Positions 26,091 to 38,002 of a DNA stretch of 55,107 nt are shown piece after piece. The first letter of the stretch is position 1. Every line of letters starts with the position of its first letter. Made by a program: the position numbers and the translations under genes. The notes beneath the pieces were generated by a model, which saw only the letters and a list, made by a program, of their open reading frames with translations, was not told the DNA's origin and searched no databases. This DNA is from Octopus sinensis (Eukaryota), in the NCBI RefSeq assembly GCF_006345805.1, contig NW_021833763.1, forward strand, positions 1-55,107. Reading direction: 5' to 3'.

Positions 26091-26467
26091 GGCGTAGGAG
26101 AGGCTGTGTGGTAAGTAGCTTGTTTACCAACCTCATGGTTCCGAGTTCAGTCCCACTGCGTGGCATCTTGGGCAAGTGTCTTCTACTATAGCCTCGGGTC
26201 GACCAAAGACTTGTGAGTGGATTTGGTAGACGGAAACTAAAAGAAGCCCGTCGTATATATGTATATATATATATATGTGTGTGTGTATGTTTGTGTGTCT
26301 GTGATTGTTCCCACCAACATCGCTTGACTACCGATGCTAGCAACCGATAGAATAAGTACTAGGCTTACAAAGAATAAGTCCCGGGGTCGATTTCGCGACT
26401 AAAAGAGGTGCTCCAGCATAACCACAGTCAAATGACTGAAACAAGTAAAATAGTAAAATAGTAAAGA
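26091..26467 (+). mobile_element. SINE family A with internal deletion
   Basis: Head-to-head with 25648-26067, about 23 bp apart. Confidence 0.9.
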
Positions 26468-27067
26468 TCGGCCATATTTAGGGCATGACTCCACCATTAA
26501 TAACATCTTTTATGACAACCATTAACACTCTATAAACTCTTGGTTAGTGTCGGAAGGAAAGGATGACTCCGATGGTATTAACGGAAATGGTGTGTGTGTG
26601 TTGGGGGGTGTAATAAAAGTCGGGTTAGAGTGATTAATTTCCCGGAACATTTTGATTTTATTATTGTCTAATTTCTATAAAAGCAATCAGGAGAGCAAAA
26701 CAAATTATTATCAACTAATTAAGTTAATTGCTCTGATTTATAATTACTTGGACAAAGAAAAGAAATGAATATGATATGCTGGTATTCCAAATTAGAGATT
26801 GAGAATATACAATAAATAAATTAATAATCGTGTGAGATGCGAAAACGAAGAATAAATGGTGGGCTGTGGGGGTGGGGGGTGTAGGAAAATAAAAGATAAA
26901 AGAGAGGGGGAAGAAAAGGAAAAAAGAAGAGAGAGAAAGGATGAAAAAATAATGGAAAATATAGGGGAATAATGAAGCGGGGGAGACTGCAAAAGTGAGG
27001 TGAAAAAATGTTTACAAAAACCAAAACTAGCGAAGAAATGAGTACACATACACACACGCACACACAC

Positions 27068-27470
27068 ACATGGCAGAATCGTTAGCACGTCGGGCGAAAT
27101 GCTTCGTCTGCCATTACGTTCCGAGTTCAAATTCCGCCGACGTCGACTTTGCCGTTCATCCTTTTGGGGTCGATTAAATAAGTACCAGTTACGCACTGGG
27201 GTCGAGTAATCGACTTAAACCGTTTGTCTATCTTTGTTCCCTCTGTGTGTAGCCACATGTGGGTAGTAAAGAAATAGATATTTCGTCTGTCTTGACGTTC
27301 TGAGTTCAAATTCCACCGAGGTCGACTTTGCCTATCGGGGTGGATAAATTAAGCACCAGTCGCGTACTGGATCGATCTAATCGATTGACTTCATCTCCCA
27401 AAATTTCGGGCCTTATGCCTAGAAATTTGCCTAGAATAGTAAATTTCGGGCCTTGTGCCTTGAATAGAAA
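27068..27470 (+). mobile_element. SINE family B, long + short unit
   Basis: Family B motifs. Confidence 0.85.
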
Positions 27471-27480
27471 AGTATATTAA

Positions 27481-27774
27481 CCCATTAAGTCCCACTGTCC
27501 TATAAATAGGACACTAGATGACAACATTGAATATGCTATATCACATTATGCCAGTGTCCTATTTATAGGACACCGAGTATTTACATTTCTACTTGAAGTA
27601 AGGGAGTTTTGATATTTTTTCATTTTATTCAATACCCATCGGCACTGTGTATTTATTCAATACCCATCGGCACTGTGTAATACGGTGTATTTTATATTGA
27701 TATTTTTTCATTTCAATTATCTGAAAAATCTATAAGTAATATTCAGAAATATAAGTACTCTGGGACTTAATGGG
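27481..27774. mobile_element. piggyBac-type MITE
   Basis: TTAA at 27477-27480 and 27775-27778; perfect 14-bp TIR CCCATTAAGTCCCA. Confidence 0.9.
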
Positions 27775-27794
27775 TTAAAAATTGATAAGATGAC

Positions 27795-28205
27795 AAGCTG
27801 GCAGAAACGTTAGCACGCCGGTCGAAATACTTAGCTGTATTTCGTTCGCCATTACGTTCTGAGTTCAAATTCCGCTGAGTTCGACTTTGCCTTTCATCCT
27901 TTCGGGGTTATAAATTAAGTACCAGTTACGCACTGGGATCGATGTAATCGACTTAATCCGTTTGTCTGTCATTGTTTGTCCCCTCTATGTTTAGCCCCTT
28001 GTGGGTAATAAAGAAATAGGTATTTCGTTTGCCGTTACGTTCTCAGTTCAAATTCCGCCGAGGTCGACTTTGCCTTTCATCCTTTCGGGATCGATAAATT
28101 AAGTACCAGTTACGCACTGGGGTCGATATAATCGACTTAATCCATTTGTCTGTACTTGTTTGTCCCCTCTGTGTTTAGCCCCTTGTGAGCAATAAATAAA
28201 TAGAG
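27795..28205 (+). mobile_element. SINE family B, head + 2 long units
   Basis: Junction AAAGAAATAGG|TATTTCG between units. Confidence 0.9.
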
Positions 28206-28489
28206 TTTCGTCTATCGGCTTAGAGAATACGGGCGAATAATTCGACAGTCAAAACAAATGTTATGATAAATTTAACTCCACTTTCAGAATTGTGTTACCT
28301 TCTTGTCATATGCTTAGACATTGATTTAAATATTTGTTGCTGTGATATTTCATACATATATTTCCATTTATATAGGCGACAAGACAATAATTTATTCAAT
28401 ACCCATCAACGTTTTATCGGCACTGTATTATATGGAAAGTAACAAGCAAAGTAATATCACCATGAAATGGACTTATGACACACAGACAC

Positions 28490-28848
28490 ACACACATATA
28501 TATATGCATGTGTGTATGTATGTATATATGTATATATGTATATACATATATATATATGTGCATGTGTATATAACATATATATATGTATATATATATGTAT
28601 ATGTATATATATGTAGATATATATTATATATATGTATATATATATATGTATATATATATTATATGTATATATATATATAATGTATATATATATATATCTA
28701 TATGTATATATATATGTGTGTTATATGTATATATATATGTATAGTATATATATATGTATATGTATATATATATATGTAAATGTATATATATATATGTATA
28801 TACATATGTGTATATATATATATATATACAATATATACATATATATAC

Positions 28849-28894
<46 letters not shown>

Positions 28895-28925
28895 TATATA
28901 TACATTTGTATATATATATATATAT

Positions 28926-28958
<33 letters not shown>

Positions 28959-29045
28959 GTATAAACTTAGATAAACTTAGATTTATATATATATGTATAT
29001 GTATATGTATATATATATGTATATGTATATGTATGTATGTATATA
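28490..29045. repeat. (TA)n/(TATG)n field containing an orphan CR1 tail at 28963-28982
   Basis: Direct reading; (AAACTTAGAT)2 is embedded. Confidence 0.9.
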
Positions 29046-29339
29046 TCAGTTAATGAATGAGTGGAAAATTTGTACATTTGATAAAAGAAACATGTTAATG
29101 TATTTCCCATGTATCGTGATAATTTTAGACATTAACGTAACATCCTTTTCAAGCAAAAATGTTTCTTTGCTACAATGTCAGTACATGTTTCTAACATTTG
29201 TCTATCAAAGGACGCGTTGTGTTTTATTAAATGTGATATAATAGCAAGAGCCATTTATGAATAGACAATCACACGGTGAGAATGTGCGCTTCTTTTGTAT
29301 CTTCTGTAGCGTTTTATCTTAACAATATCTGGTATTTGC

Positions 29340-30420
29340 GGCATGTTTGGGTGGAACAGATTAAAAGATTAAGTGTGGGATTATAAGCTAAAAATAAAGT
29401 GGTGAGCTGGCAGAAACGTTAGCACGACGGGCGAAATGCGTAGCTGTATTTCGTCTGTGAGTTCAAATTTCGCCGAGTTCGATTTTGCCTTTCATCCTTT
29501 CGGGGTCGATAAATAAAGTACCAGTTACGCACTGGGGTCGATGTAATCGACTTAATCCGTTTGTCTGTCCTTGTTTGTCCTCTCTGTGTTTAGCCCCTTG
29601 TGGGTAGTAAAGAAATAGGTATTTGTGGCTTGTTTGGGTGGAACAGATTAAAAGAGTATTAAGTATGGGATTATAAGCTAAAAATAAAGTGGTGAGCTGG
29701 CAGAAACGTTAGCACGACGGGCGAAATGCGTAGCCGTATTTCGTTTGTCGTTACGTTCTGAGTTCAAATTTCGCCGAGGTCGACTTTGCCTTTCATCCTT
29801 TCGGGTTCGATAAATAAAGTACCAGTTACGCACTGGGTCGATATAATCGACTTAATCCGTTTGTCCGTCCTTCTGTGTTTAGACCCTCGTGGGTAGTAAA
29901 GAAATATGTATTTGTGGCTTGTTTGGGTGGAACAGATTAAAAGAATATTAAGTATGGGATTATAAGCTAAAACTAAAATGGTGAGCTGGCAGAATCAGTA
30001 CCGCGCCGCACAAAATGTTTAGCGATATTTTGTTTATTTTTCTACGTTCTGGGTTCAAATTCCGCCGAGGTCGACTTTGCCTTTCATCCTTTCGGGGTTG
30101 AAACGTTAGGTACCAGTTGCGTACTGGGATCGATCTAATCGTCTGGCCACCACTTCCGCCCAAATTTCGGCCGGTGTACCTAGAGTAAATAAGATTATAA
30201 GCTAAAAATAAAATGGTGAACTGGCAGACTCGGTACCGCGCCGCACAAAATTTTAGCGATATTTCGTCTGGCTCTTTACGTTCTGAGTTCAAATTCTGTT
30301 GAGGTCATCTTTGCCTTTTATCCATTCGAGATTGATAAAAGTGAGTACCAGCTAAGAGTTGGGGGTAGATGTGATCGACTAACCCTTCCACTGAAAATTG
30401 TTGCCCTTGTGCTAAAAATT
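29340..30420 (+). repeat. Tandem array of SINE family B plus co-duplicated flank (4 units)
   Basis: GTTTGGGTGGAACAGATTAAAAG at 29345, 29632 and 29921; a shorter flank precedes the fourth SINE at 30193. Confidence 0.85.
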
Positions 30421-30647
30421 AGAGGGAATTATGAGGCAATAGTTGTTAAGATCGAAACCCACATCGATCGTGTTGTGTTATATATATTTCCACGGAATAT
30501 TTAAATTTTTCAACATATCTCAGCCATTTTGAATAACGTACAATTCATGGGACAATATTTCATTTACCATTCTGGTGTTCTATCCAGAATAATATTTAAC
30601 ATTCATCAGCAGAACATTGAAAACCTATAGCTCCTATTGCTGGTAGA

Positions 30648-31130
30648 TTTATCCATTTATCCATTTATCCATTTTCTCCGCCCGTTATTCCTAGAAGGGT
30701 CATTAGGGTAGAATCCTCAGGTACCTCTTCGTTATCAACCTGTCAGAAGCAACTGTTATTACGCTATCCAGCTGGAATCCTAGTCCTGATCATCTGAGAC
30801 TGTGAATCTCGTTCTTGGTCTATCGTTCAGACTCATACTGGTTGGATCAGCTAAAAGAATCCGCCATTATAATGAGAAAATAATCACACGTCCGCAGTAC
30901 CGAAGCCGTGATTTCTTGATGCGGAGAAATAGCAATTCGACCTGGAGAGACTCCCTGATCTCCGAGACTCGCACTCTGTTGAGTAACGTTTGTCCAGAGA
31001 TCCTTCGGAAGAATCGTCTTTCGGCCTCTTGTATTCGTGATTGTACTCTACCGATGATTATCCAATATTTATGTTCGTATTTGAGGATAGGTACGAAAAT
31101 CGAAGTGCAGATAGTACGTTTGGTTTTGTA
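30648..31130 (-). mobile_element. RTE-clade LINE 3' fragment
   Basis: Minus strand translates SIFVPILKYEHKYW...SRIQEAERRFFRRISGQTLLNRVRVSEIRESLQVE...RPRTR; ends in an (ATGGATAA)n tail. Confidence 0.8.
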
Positions 31131-31232
31131 TTTACCAGTCGCCCCCCTTTTGCGAATTTAACATCATAACCATCATATTCATTTATCTAACACAACAAAA
31201 TGTCTCTATATATACAATAAATTATATATATA

Positions 31233-31304
31233 CAGGAGTCTTGGGGAAATTTCGAACCTGGGTTCTCATTTCTAAGGTATTTTTCGATGTTATTATTATT
31301 ATTA

Positions 31305-31343
<39 letters not shown>

Positions 31344-31400
31344 TATTATTATTATATTATTATTATCTTATTATTATATCATCATCATCATTATATTTTA

Positions 31401-31445
<45 letters not shown>

Positions 31446-31453
31446 CATCATCA

Positions 31454-31519
<66 letters not shown>

Positions 31520-31910
31520 TATTATTATTATTATTATTATTATATTATTATTATATTATTATTATCATTATTATTGTTCAGATCACTGCTTGGAATCGAA
31601 CTCGGAATCTTGGGGTTAGTAGCCCGCACTGTTAGCCACTACGCCCACGAGCATATGGTGTAGTGGTTAAGAGCGCTGGTGCCTAACCCAAAGATTCCGA
31701 GTTCGATTCCAAGCAGTAACAACAATAACTACAACAATAACAACAACAACAATAATAATATAACATCGAAAAATATCTTAGAAATGAGAAACCAGGTTCG
31801 AAATTTCCCCCAAGTCACCTGATGAAAGCTGGAGGGTATATCAACCGAAAAGTTGTGTTAACAACAAACAAGATGAGGACAAATATCCGTCAAATGTAAA
31901 TAGTGTAAAT
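31233..31910. mobile_element. Palindromic element: head-to-head tRNA-like pair, (AAT)n spacers, hammerhead-bearing right tail
   Basis: Arms 31233-31648 and 31650-31820 are reverse complements apart from microsatellite length. A box TGGTGTAGTGG, B box GAGTTCGATTCC. CAC-CTGATGA...GAAA-AGT-T-GTG at 31816-31857. Confidence 0.75.
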
Positions 31911-32043
31911 GATGCAAATAATGTACACCTTAGCTTTATCGCCACATACTTTAAGTTACATCAACTTCCCCATCATTTGTATTCTCTCTTTAGAAAGGCT
32001 AGACATACTAATATGTAGTCACACCAAACATACATAATCCTGT

Positions 32044-32044
32044 A

Positions 32045-32075
<31 letters not shown>

Positions 32076-32377
32076 TGTAGTAGTAGTAGTAGTAGTTAGT
32101 AGTAGTAGTAGTAGTAGTAGTGGTAGTAGTAGTAGTAGCAACAGCAGCACATTCTGGTTATTCCTGTTACCGCTTTTCTTCCTATTCCACCTCCTCCACA
32201 TCCGCCTCATCATCATCAACCACTACCACCTCCATCACCACCATCACTACCACCATTACCACCACCACCGCCGCTACCCCCATCATTCCCCATTACTATT
32301 GAAGTACTTTTGGAGTACACGCATATGCAACACCATTCCTATTATTATTATTATTATTATTATTATTTGTAGTAGTA

Positions 32378-32410
<33 letters not shown>

Positions 32411-32450
32411 CAGCAGCAGCAGCGGCTGGAGCAGCAGTTGTAGTTTAGAA
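32044..32450. repeat. (TAG)n, (CAC)n, (ATT)n and (CAG)n microsatellites
   Basis: Direct reading. Confidence 0.9.
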
Positions 32451-32612
32451 GTAGCAATGGTAAGAAGGTATCGCTGGTTGTGTGTGTATGAATTTGTATC
32501 CATTAACGGACGTCAAGTACCAACCGACAAGGGTCGTAAATGTTTTCAATTATATTTAAAAGAAACACTCATTTCCGTTTCGAATTCTATTCTGGAGAGA
32601 TAGAAAGAGAGA

Positions 32613-32643
<31 letters not shown>

Positions 32644-32804
32644 GGAGAGAGAGAGAGAGAGTGAGAGAATAGGAGAAAAGGAGGAACAGAGAGAGAAGGT
32701 AACGTCTTAAAACAAGTGTTTGTCTATTTCTGGTCATTAACAACTTGACGTTGGGCCAATAAAATATTATCCTGTGGCAGGTAAACAGCATTCGTGGAAT
32801 GCTG

Positions 32805-33085
32805 CCAAATTCTGTCTTTTCCTTGGTACAATCATTGGACTGCGGTCATGCTGGGGCACAAGTCTAATGAATCAACCCCAGCGCTTATTTATTATTTTTT
32901 TTGTAAAGCCATTTTTGTAAATATATATACGATATACTTCTTTCAGATTCCGTCTACCAATTCCACTCACCAGGTTTTTGGTCGGTCCGAGTCTATAGTA
33001 GAAGACACTTGCCCAAGGTGCCACGCTGTGAGACTGAACCCAGAATAATGTGGTTGGTGAGCTTCTTACCAGACAGCCACTCCTA
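32805..33085 (-). mobile_element. SINE family A, internally deleted
   Basis: Head and tail motifs present; middle missing. Confidence 0.8.
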
Positions 33086-33120
33086 AGTTCTTTTCTTTTT
33101 CTGCATCTCTCACCCTTCAG

Positions 33121-33162
33121 AAGGTCAAGTTGAACATCCATTGCTATGACATCATCAATGTG
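33121..33162 (+). CDS. Candidate 42-nt coding exon (KVKLNIHCYDIINV)
   Basis: About 30-nt polypyrimidine tract ending CCCTTCAG|, donor GTG|GTAAGT. Only phase 0 is open. Confidence 0.6.
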
Positions 33163-33721
33163 GTAAGTTTTGCAAAAGCGATGGTTCCTATCTCATTTTC
33201 TCTGTCAATAAAATGAAATTAGAAAATACAAAACTTTCTCTGTATTTCTATGTTTCCTTTCACCTTTCTCTGTTTCTCTTTCACACATAAGCATATAAAT
33301 TATCTTAACATATTCACGTTCGCATATGTGTGTGCTATACCGTACTATATTATACCATTCTATAATATGCTGCACTCAAACACACCACTCACACACACAT
33401 ATAAAGCTATTATTATGTGAACTTACGTAAACATATGTGATAAACAAGAGTTAGATAACTAACAAACATGATTAGAATATGTGTATATAATTATCAAACC
33501 TTACTCTCAGACAGAATGACTACGAATTGTTGAAGATGGATGTGTCTTGATCATTAGGAATGAGGATGTTCCAAGAAAGATGTTTTGCCGAAAATGATTA
33601 CTAAAATTATCCATGTAGATTCATGAGGAAAAAGAAGCAAAAGGAACTTAAAAGAAGCAAACAAATAATGAATAAAGATGAAAATAACAGATCAATATAA
33701 TTGCGTTGTGAAGAAAGGTAT

Positions 33722-33760
33722 TCAACGTTTCGGACAACGTTCCATCGCTAGAAAGAGTAA
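33722..33760 (-). other. Decayed hammerhead-like motif
   Basis: Minus strand reads TCTTT-CTAGCGA-T-GGA(ACGTTG)TCC-GAAAC-GT-T-GAAT; core scrambled. Confidence 0.4.
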
Positions 33761-34032
33761 AGAAGGAATGAAGGTTTTTAAGGGAAAAATAAATGAAAAA
33801 GGAAAAGAAAAGAAAATCTTTGAAGTAGCCTGATGAATGGAACACCGAAAATAGTTAGAGCGGAAGAGAGTTGAGAGATAGATTACAATGAAAATAACGA
33901 GTGCTGAGGGAGATAAGGGAAATGGGTATAAGAATGTGTATGGTGTGAGTATATCATTCATCAATGCGTGTTGATATGTATATGAATATGTTGTGAATAT
34001 ATTGTGTACATGTGCATGTATGTTACACAATA

Positions 34033-34448
34033 GGCGCAGGAGTGGCTGTGCGGTAAGTAGCTTGCTTACCAACCACATGGTTCCGGGTTCAGTCCCACTG
34101 CGTGGGACCTTGGGCAAGTGTCTTCTACTATAGCCTCGGGCCAACCAAAGCCTTGTGAGTGGATTTGGTAGACGGAAACTGAAAGAAGCCCGTCGTATAT
34201 ATGTATATATATATATATATGTGTGTGCGAGTATGTTTGTGTGTCTGTGTTTGTCCCCCTAGCATTGCTTAATAACCGATGCTGGTGTGTTTATGTCCCC
34301 GTCACTTAGCGGTTCGGCAAAAGAGACCGATAGAATAAGTACTGGGCTTACAAAGAATAAGTCCCGGGGTCGAGTTGCTCGACTAAAGGCGGTGCTCCAG
34401 CATGGCCGCAGTCAACTGACTGAAACAAGTAAAAGAGTAAAAGAGTAA
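34033..34448 (+). mobile_element. SINE family A, most complete copy
   Basis: tRNA-like A and B boxes (TGGCTGTGCGG, GGGTTCAGTCCC), CCTTGGGCAAGT core, internal microsatellite, (AAAAGAGT)n tail. Confidence 0.92.
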
Positions 34449-34757
34449 TATGGCAGGCAGAAAAACAGCGGAATATGCAGGAATGATAGATGGTTGTCGT
34501 AATAGCAAGAAAACGATAGATAAATGTACGGACGGCGAACAACTTCGATACGATGTTGTGAACATGAGGCTGATGTTTACTGTTGTAGATATTAATATCA
34601 AAGTAAGTGTCGTTTCGCAACCTGTTGTCATCTATGATGCATAATCGCAACAGTATAAAATCAAAATACCCATCAATACATCCCACTTAATAAGCATACG
34701 CCGTTGATTGGTGACTTACAGTGGCCTGTGTCTTGAGATAATACATATAATACATGT

Positions 34758-35132
34758 GTGGAGGCGCAATGGCCCAGTGGTTACGGCAGCGGACTCGCGG
34801 TCGTAGGATCGTGGTTTCGATTCCCAGACCGGGCGTTGTGAGAGTTTATTGAGCGAAAACATCTAAAGCTCCACGAGGCTCCGGCAGGGGATGGTGGTGA
34901 TCCCTGCTGTACTCTTTCACCACAACTTTCTCTCACTCTTACTTATGTTTCTGTGTACCTGTATTTCAAAGAGCCAGCCTTGTCACTCTCTGGTCACACT
35001 GAATATCCCCGAGAACTACGTTAAGGGTACACGTGTCTGTGGAGTGCTCAGCCACTTACACGTTAATTTCACGAGCAGGCTGTTCCGTTGATCGGATCAA
35101 CCGAAACCTCATCGTCGTAACCGACGGAGTGC
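34758..35132 (+). mobile_element. SINE family C, complete copy
   Basis: Head GGAGGCGCAATGGCCCAGTGG...GGTTTCGATTCCC; tail CGTCGTAACCGACGGAGTGC. Confidence 0.9.
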
Positions 35133-35153
35133 TTCCAATACATGTGCTATGTA

Positions 35154-35445
35154 CAATACAATATAAATACCATGAGACGAAAATTCATCCAAGTCAGCTG
35201 CCAGTGAGAACGCCAAATGCGTTTCGGCACGCCACCTTTTTTTTTTTTTTTTGCCTTTTCAATGGCGCGTTACGGCAAGCAGCCATATTTCTTGACCGAG
35301 AGAATTCGTCGCCTCTTCGAAGCATGTGGCTAGTTATATTTAAGTACCATTGAGAAAGCTTCCAAAGGCGCCGAAATGCATTTGGTATTCTCGCTGGCCG
35401 CTGGTGGGTCGAATTTTCGTCTTCCTCCGATGCATATTGTATTTT
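35154..35445. mobile_element. Unclassified element with ~80-bp imperfect inverted repeats
   Basis: CAGCTGCCAGTGAGAACGCCAAATGCGTTTCGGC pairs with GCCGAAATGCATTTGGTATTCTCGCTGGCCGCTG; GACGAAAATTC pairs with GAATTTTCGTC. Confidence 0.55.
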
Positions 35446-36555
35446 TACACCAAACCACTAAGTCATGGGGATTTAAACAGCCAACACTGGTTATCAAGCT
35501 CTGGCCTTGCGAGGAAGATAAACAGAAACAAAGAAAAACACACACGCGCGCGCACACACACACACACTCACACGGGCATATGCCATTTTTTGAATGCCGT
35601 TTTTGAACGCGAAGTAGAAGAGATATAAATATATAGCTTTTCTACTTCGAGTCTGCCAGGTGAAAGAACTAGAAATATTTCACATTTTCTCGTAGTCTGT
35701 AAATTCTTATAACATCAACATTATACACACATAAATACGAATATATAGGAGCGTATTATCTAACCTTGGTATTTTAAAGGCAGCAGGGTGTGATTTAAAG
35801 GAACATTGGTTGCTGTTTCTAGCACTTCAAACAATTGTATAAAGTTGTTTTCTCTGTGAGTCATTGTACAGTATCAATGGCTCTGATGACGCAGTTCGTT
35901 ATTGAAAGAATTATATCAGAACCAGTGAGAAATGTAAGGATTTACATTTGTATCTAAGTTGCGTTACACACAGGATAAGGAATCAGCAGGTTGTGGCATC
36001 AAATTATGGTAAAAAGGTATCCCTTGTTTCTCAGAGAACATTTTAAAGTATAACATTCATCTTAAAATATCAACACAACAGAAGCGAAATCTTTTCTCAT
36101 TTTCTTTGGCATTTTATTTCGACTGCATTTCGTCACTTTAAGTACGAGAACATTACAGAATTTTGGTATCATACATGCGATAATCGGCAGTAACTTATTG
36201 AGCATGTAATATTCGGTTGATAAATATCGAGAATAAGATATTGTACAAGCTGATAACATAGAGGTGACAACATGTCGATTAGGAGAAAAGGAATAGGTGT
36301 TATCGGGGATACGATATTGCATCAGGTGATAAACGGATATATTGCGCAGAGAGATCAAAGAAATATAACAGATATACAGATATTATCGGCTTCATGGTAT
36401 CGGACTACGTAAATTAAAGAACGAGTGATATTGAACAGAAAATACCGAAATACCGAACGGGCGTTTTCCAGGCAATATATATATATATATACATCAGTAT
36501 GTATGTGTATATATATATATATGTATGTATATATATATATATATATATAGATATA

Positions 36556-36591
<36 letters not shown>

Positions 36592-36857
36592 TTATATGTA
36601 TGTATATATACGCAAACGTACACCACACATAAATACTAATATGCATATATACAAACTCAATATACACACATATATGTACATGTATACAGGTTTATGTGCG
36701 TGTTTTATATATTATTTAAATATATATATATATATATATATATAATACATGTACTTATATATATATATATATAAATACATATACATATAATAATATATGT
36801 ATATATGTATATCTATATATTTGTGTGTGTGTGTGTGTCTGTGTGTCTGTGTGTGTA

Positions 36858-37360
36858 CGAGGTGGTATCAAAAAGTTCAAGGATTAGTTATTTTTCATTA
36901 AAAAATAACTCATTTACCCGAGTTTTAATATGATCTCCTTCGAAATAGTCCCCTTACGCAGCAGTAAACCAGTCCCAGTGTTCCTGCCTCTTTTGGAATA
37001 CTGCCTGGAAGTCATTTTCCGGAAGCGAATCAAGAAACGTCTGCGATTCGGTCTGGATCTCGACAACGGTGTTAAAACGGCAACCTGTTAGCTGCCTTTT
37101 CATCTTGGGAAAGAGACTGAATACCGCTGTTGCTAAATCTGGTGAACAAGACGGATGCTTAAGCGATACTATCTTGTTTCTGGCGAGAAACTCTTAGACG
37201 GTAAAATTCGTCCGCAGCGGAGTTTTTCTTTCCAGACAAGGAGAGCGACTTTTACAGCATAGCTTTGGAACATCGCAGAATACTTGATTCTTCGGGTTTT
37301 CTCTGCTTCTTTTCTGAAGCTGGTCCCCACTGCCATCATTTCAGCCTGTATTAATTTCAT
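36858..37360 (-). mobile_element. Mariner transposon 3' fragment (decayed transposase C-terminus)
   Basis: TA|CGAGGTGGTATCAAAAAGTTC terminus. Minus strand translates KHPSCSPDLATAVFSLFPKMKRQLTGCRF...WDWFTAA*GDYFEGD. Confidence 0.9.
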
Positions 37361-37375
37361 TGGGTTTTTATTTCT

Positions 37376-37963
37376 TATTTCTTTATTGCCCACAAAGAAC
37401 TAAACATAGAGGGGACAAAAAAGGACTGACAAACGGATTAAGTCGATTATATCGACCCCAGTGCGTAACTGTTACTTATTTAATCGACACGAAAGGATGA
37501 AAGGCAAAGTCGACCTCGGCGGAATTTGAACTCAGAGCGTAGTGGCAGGCAAAATACCTATTTCTTTACTACCCACGGATGGCTAAACACTGAGTGGACA
37601 AACAAGAACAGACAAAGGGATTAAGTCGATTACATCGACACCAGTGCGTAACTGGTATTAAATTTATCGACTCCGAAAGGATGAACGGCAAAGTCAACCT
37701 CAGCGGAATTTGACCTCAGAACGTAGCGGCAGGCGAAATACCTATTTCTTTACTACCTACGAGCGGCTAAACACAGAGGGGACAAACAAGGACAGACAAA
37801 GGGATTAAGTCGATTACATCGACCCCAGTGCGTATTAAATTTATCGACCCCGAAAGGCTGAAAGGCAAAGTCAACCTCGGCGGAATTTGAACTCAGAACG
37901 TAGCAGCAGACGAAATACCGCTAAGCATTTCGCCCGGCACGCTAACGATTCTGCCAGCTCATC
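37376..37963 (-). mobile_element. SINE family B, head + 3 units, with 15-bp TSD
   Basis: TGGGTTTTTATTTCT at 37361-37375 and 37964-37978; unit starts at 37376, 37559 and 37743. Confidence 0.92.
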
Positions 37964-38002
37964 TGGGTTTTTATTTCTCTGGAAGTGGAGACTCTTATAT
38001 TA

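Noticed and set aside
31578-31720. True tRNA genes
   Set aside because: A and B boxes are present, but the acceptor and anticodon stems are imperfect and the copies sit inside a repeat. All tRNA-like heads in the window are treated as SINE-derived.
33828-33862. CTGATGA-ATGGAACACC-GAAA motif
   Set aside because: Stems I and III do not pair.
37376-37963. CRISPR-like periodicity in SINE family B multimers and at 29340-30420
   Set aside because: These are whole-unit tandem repeats without unique spacers, in a eukaryotic context with no cas genes.
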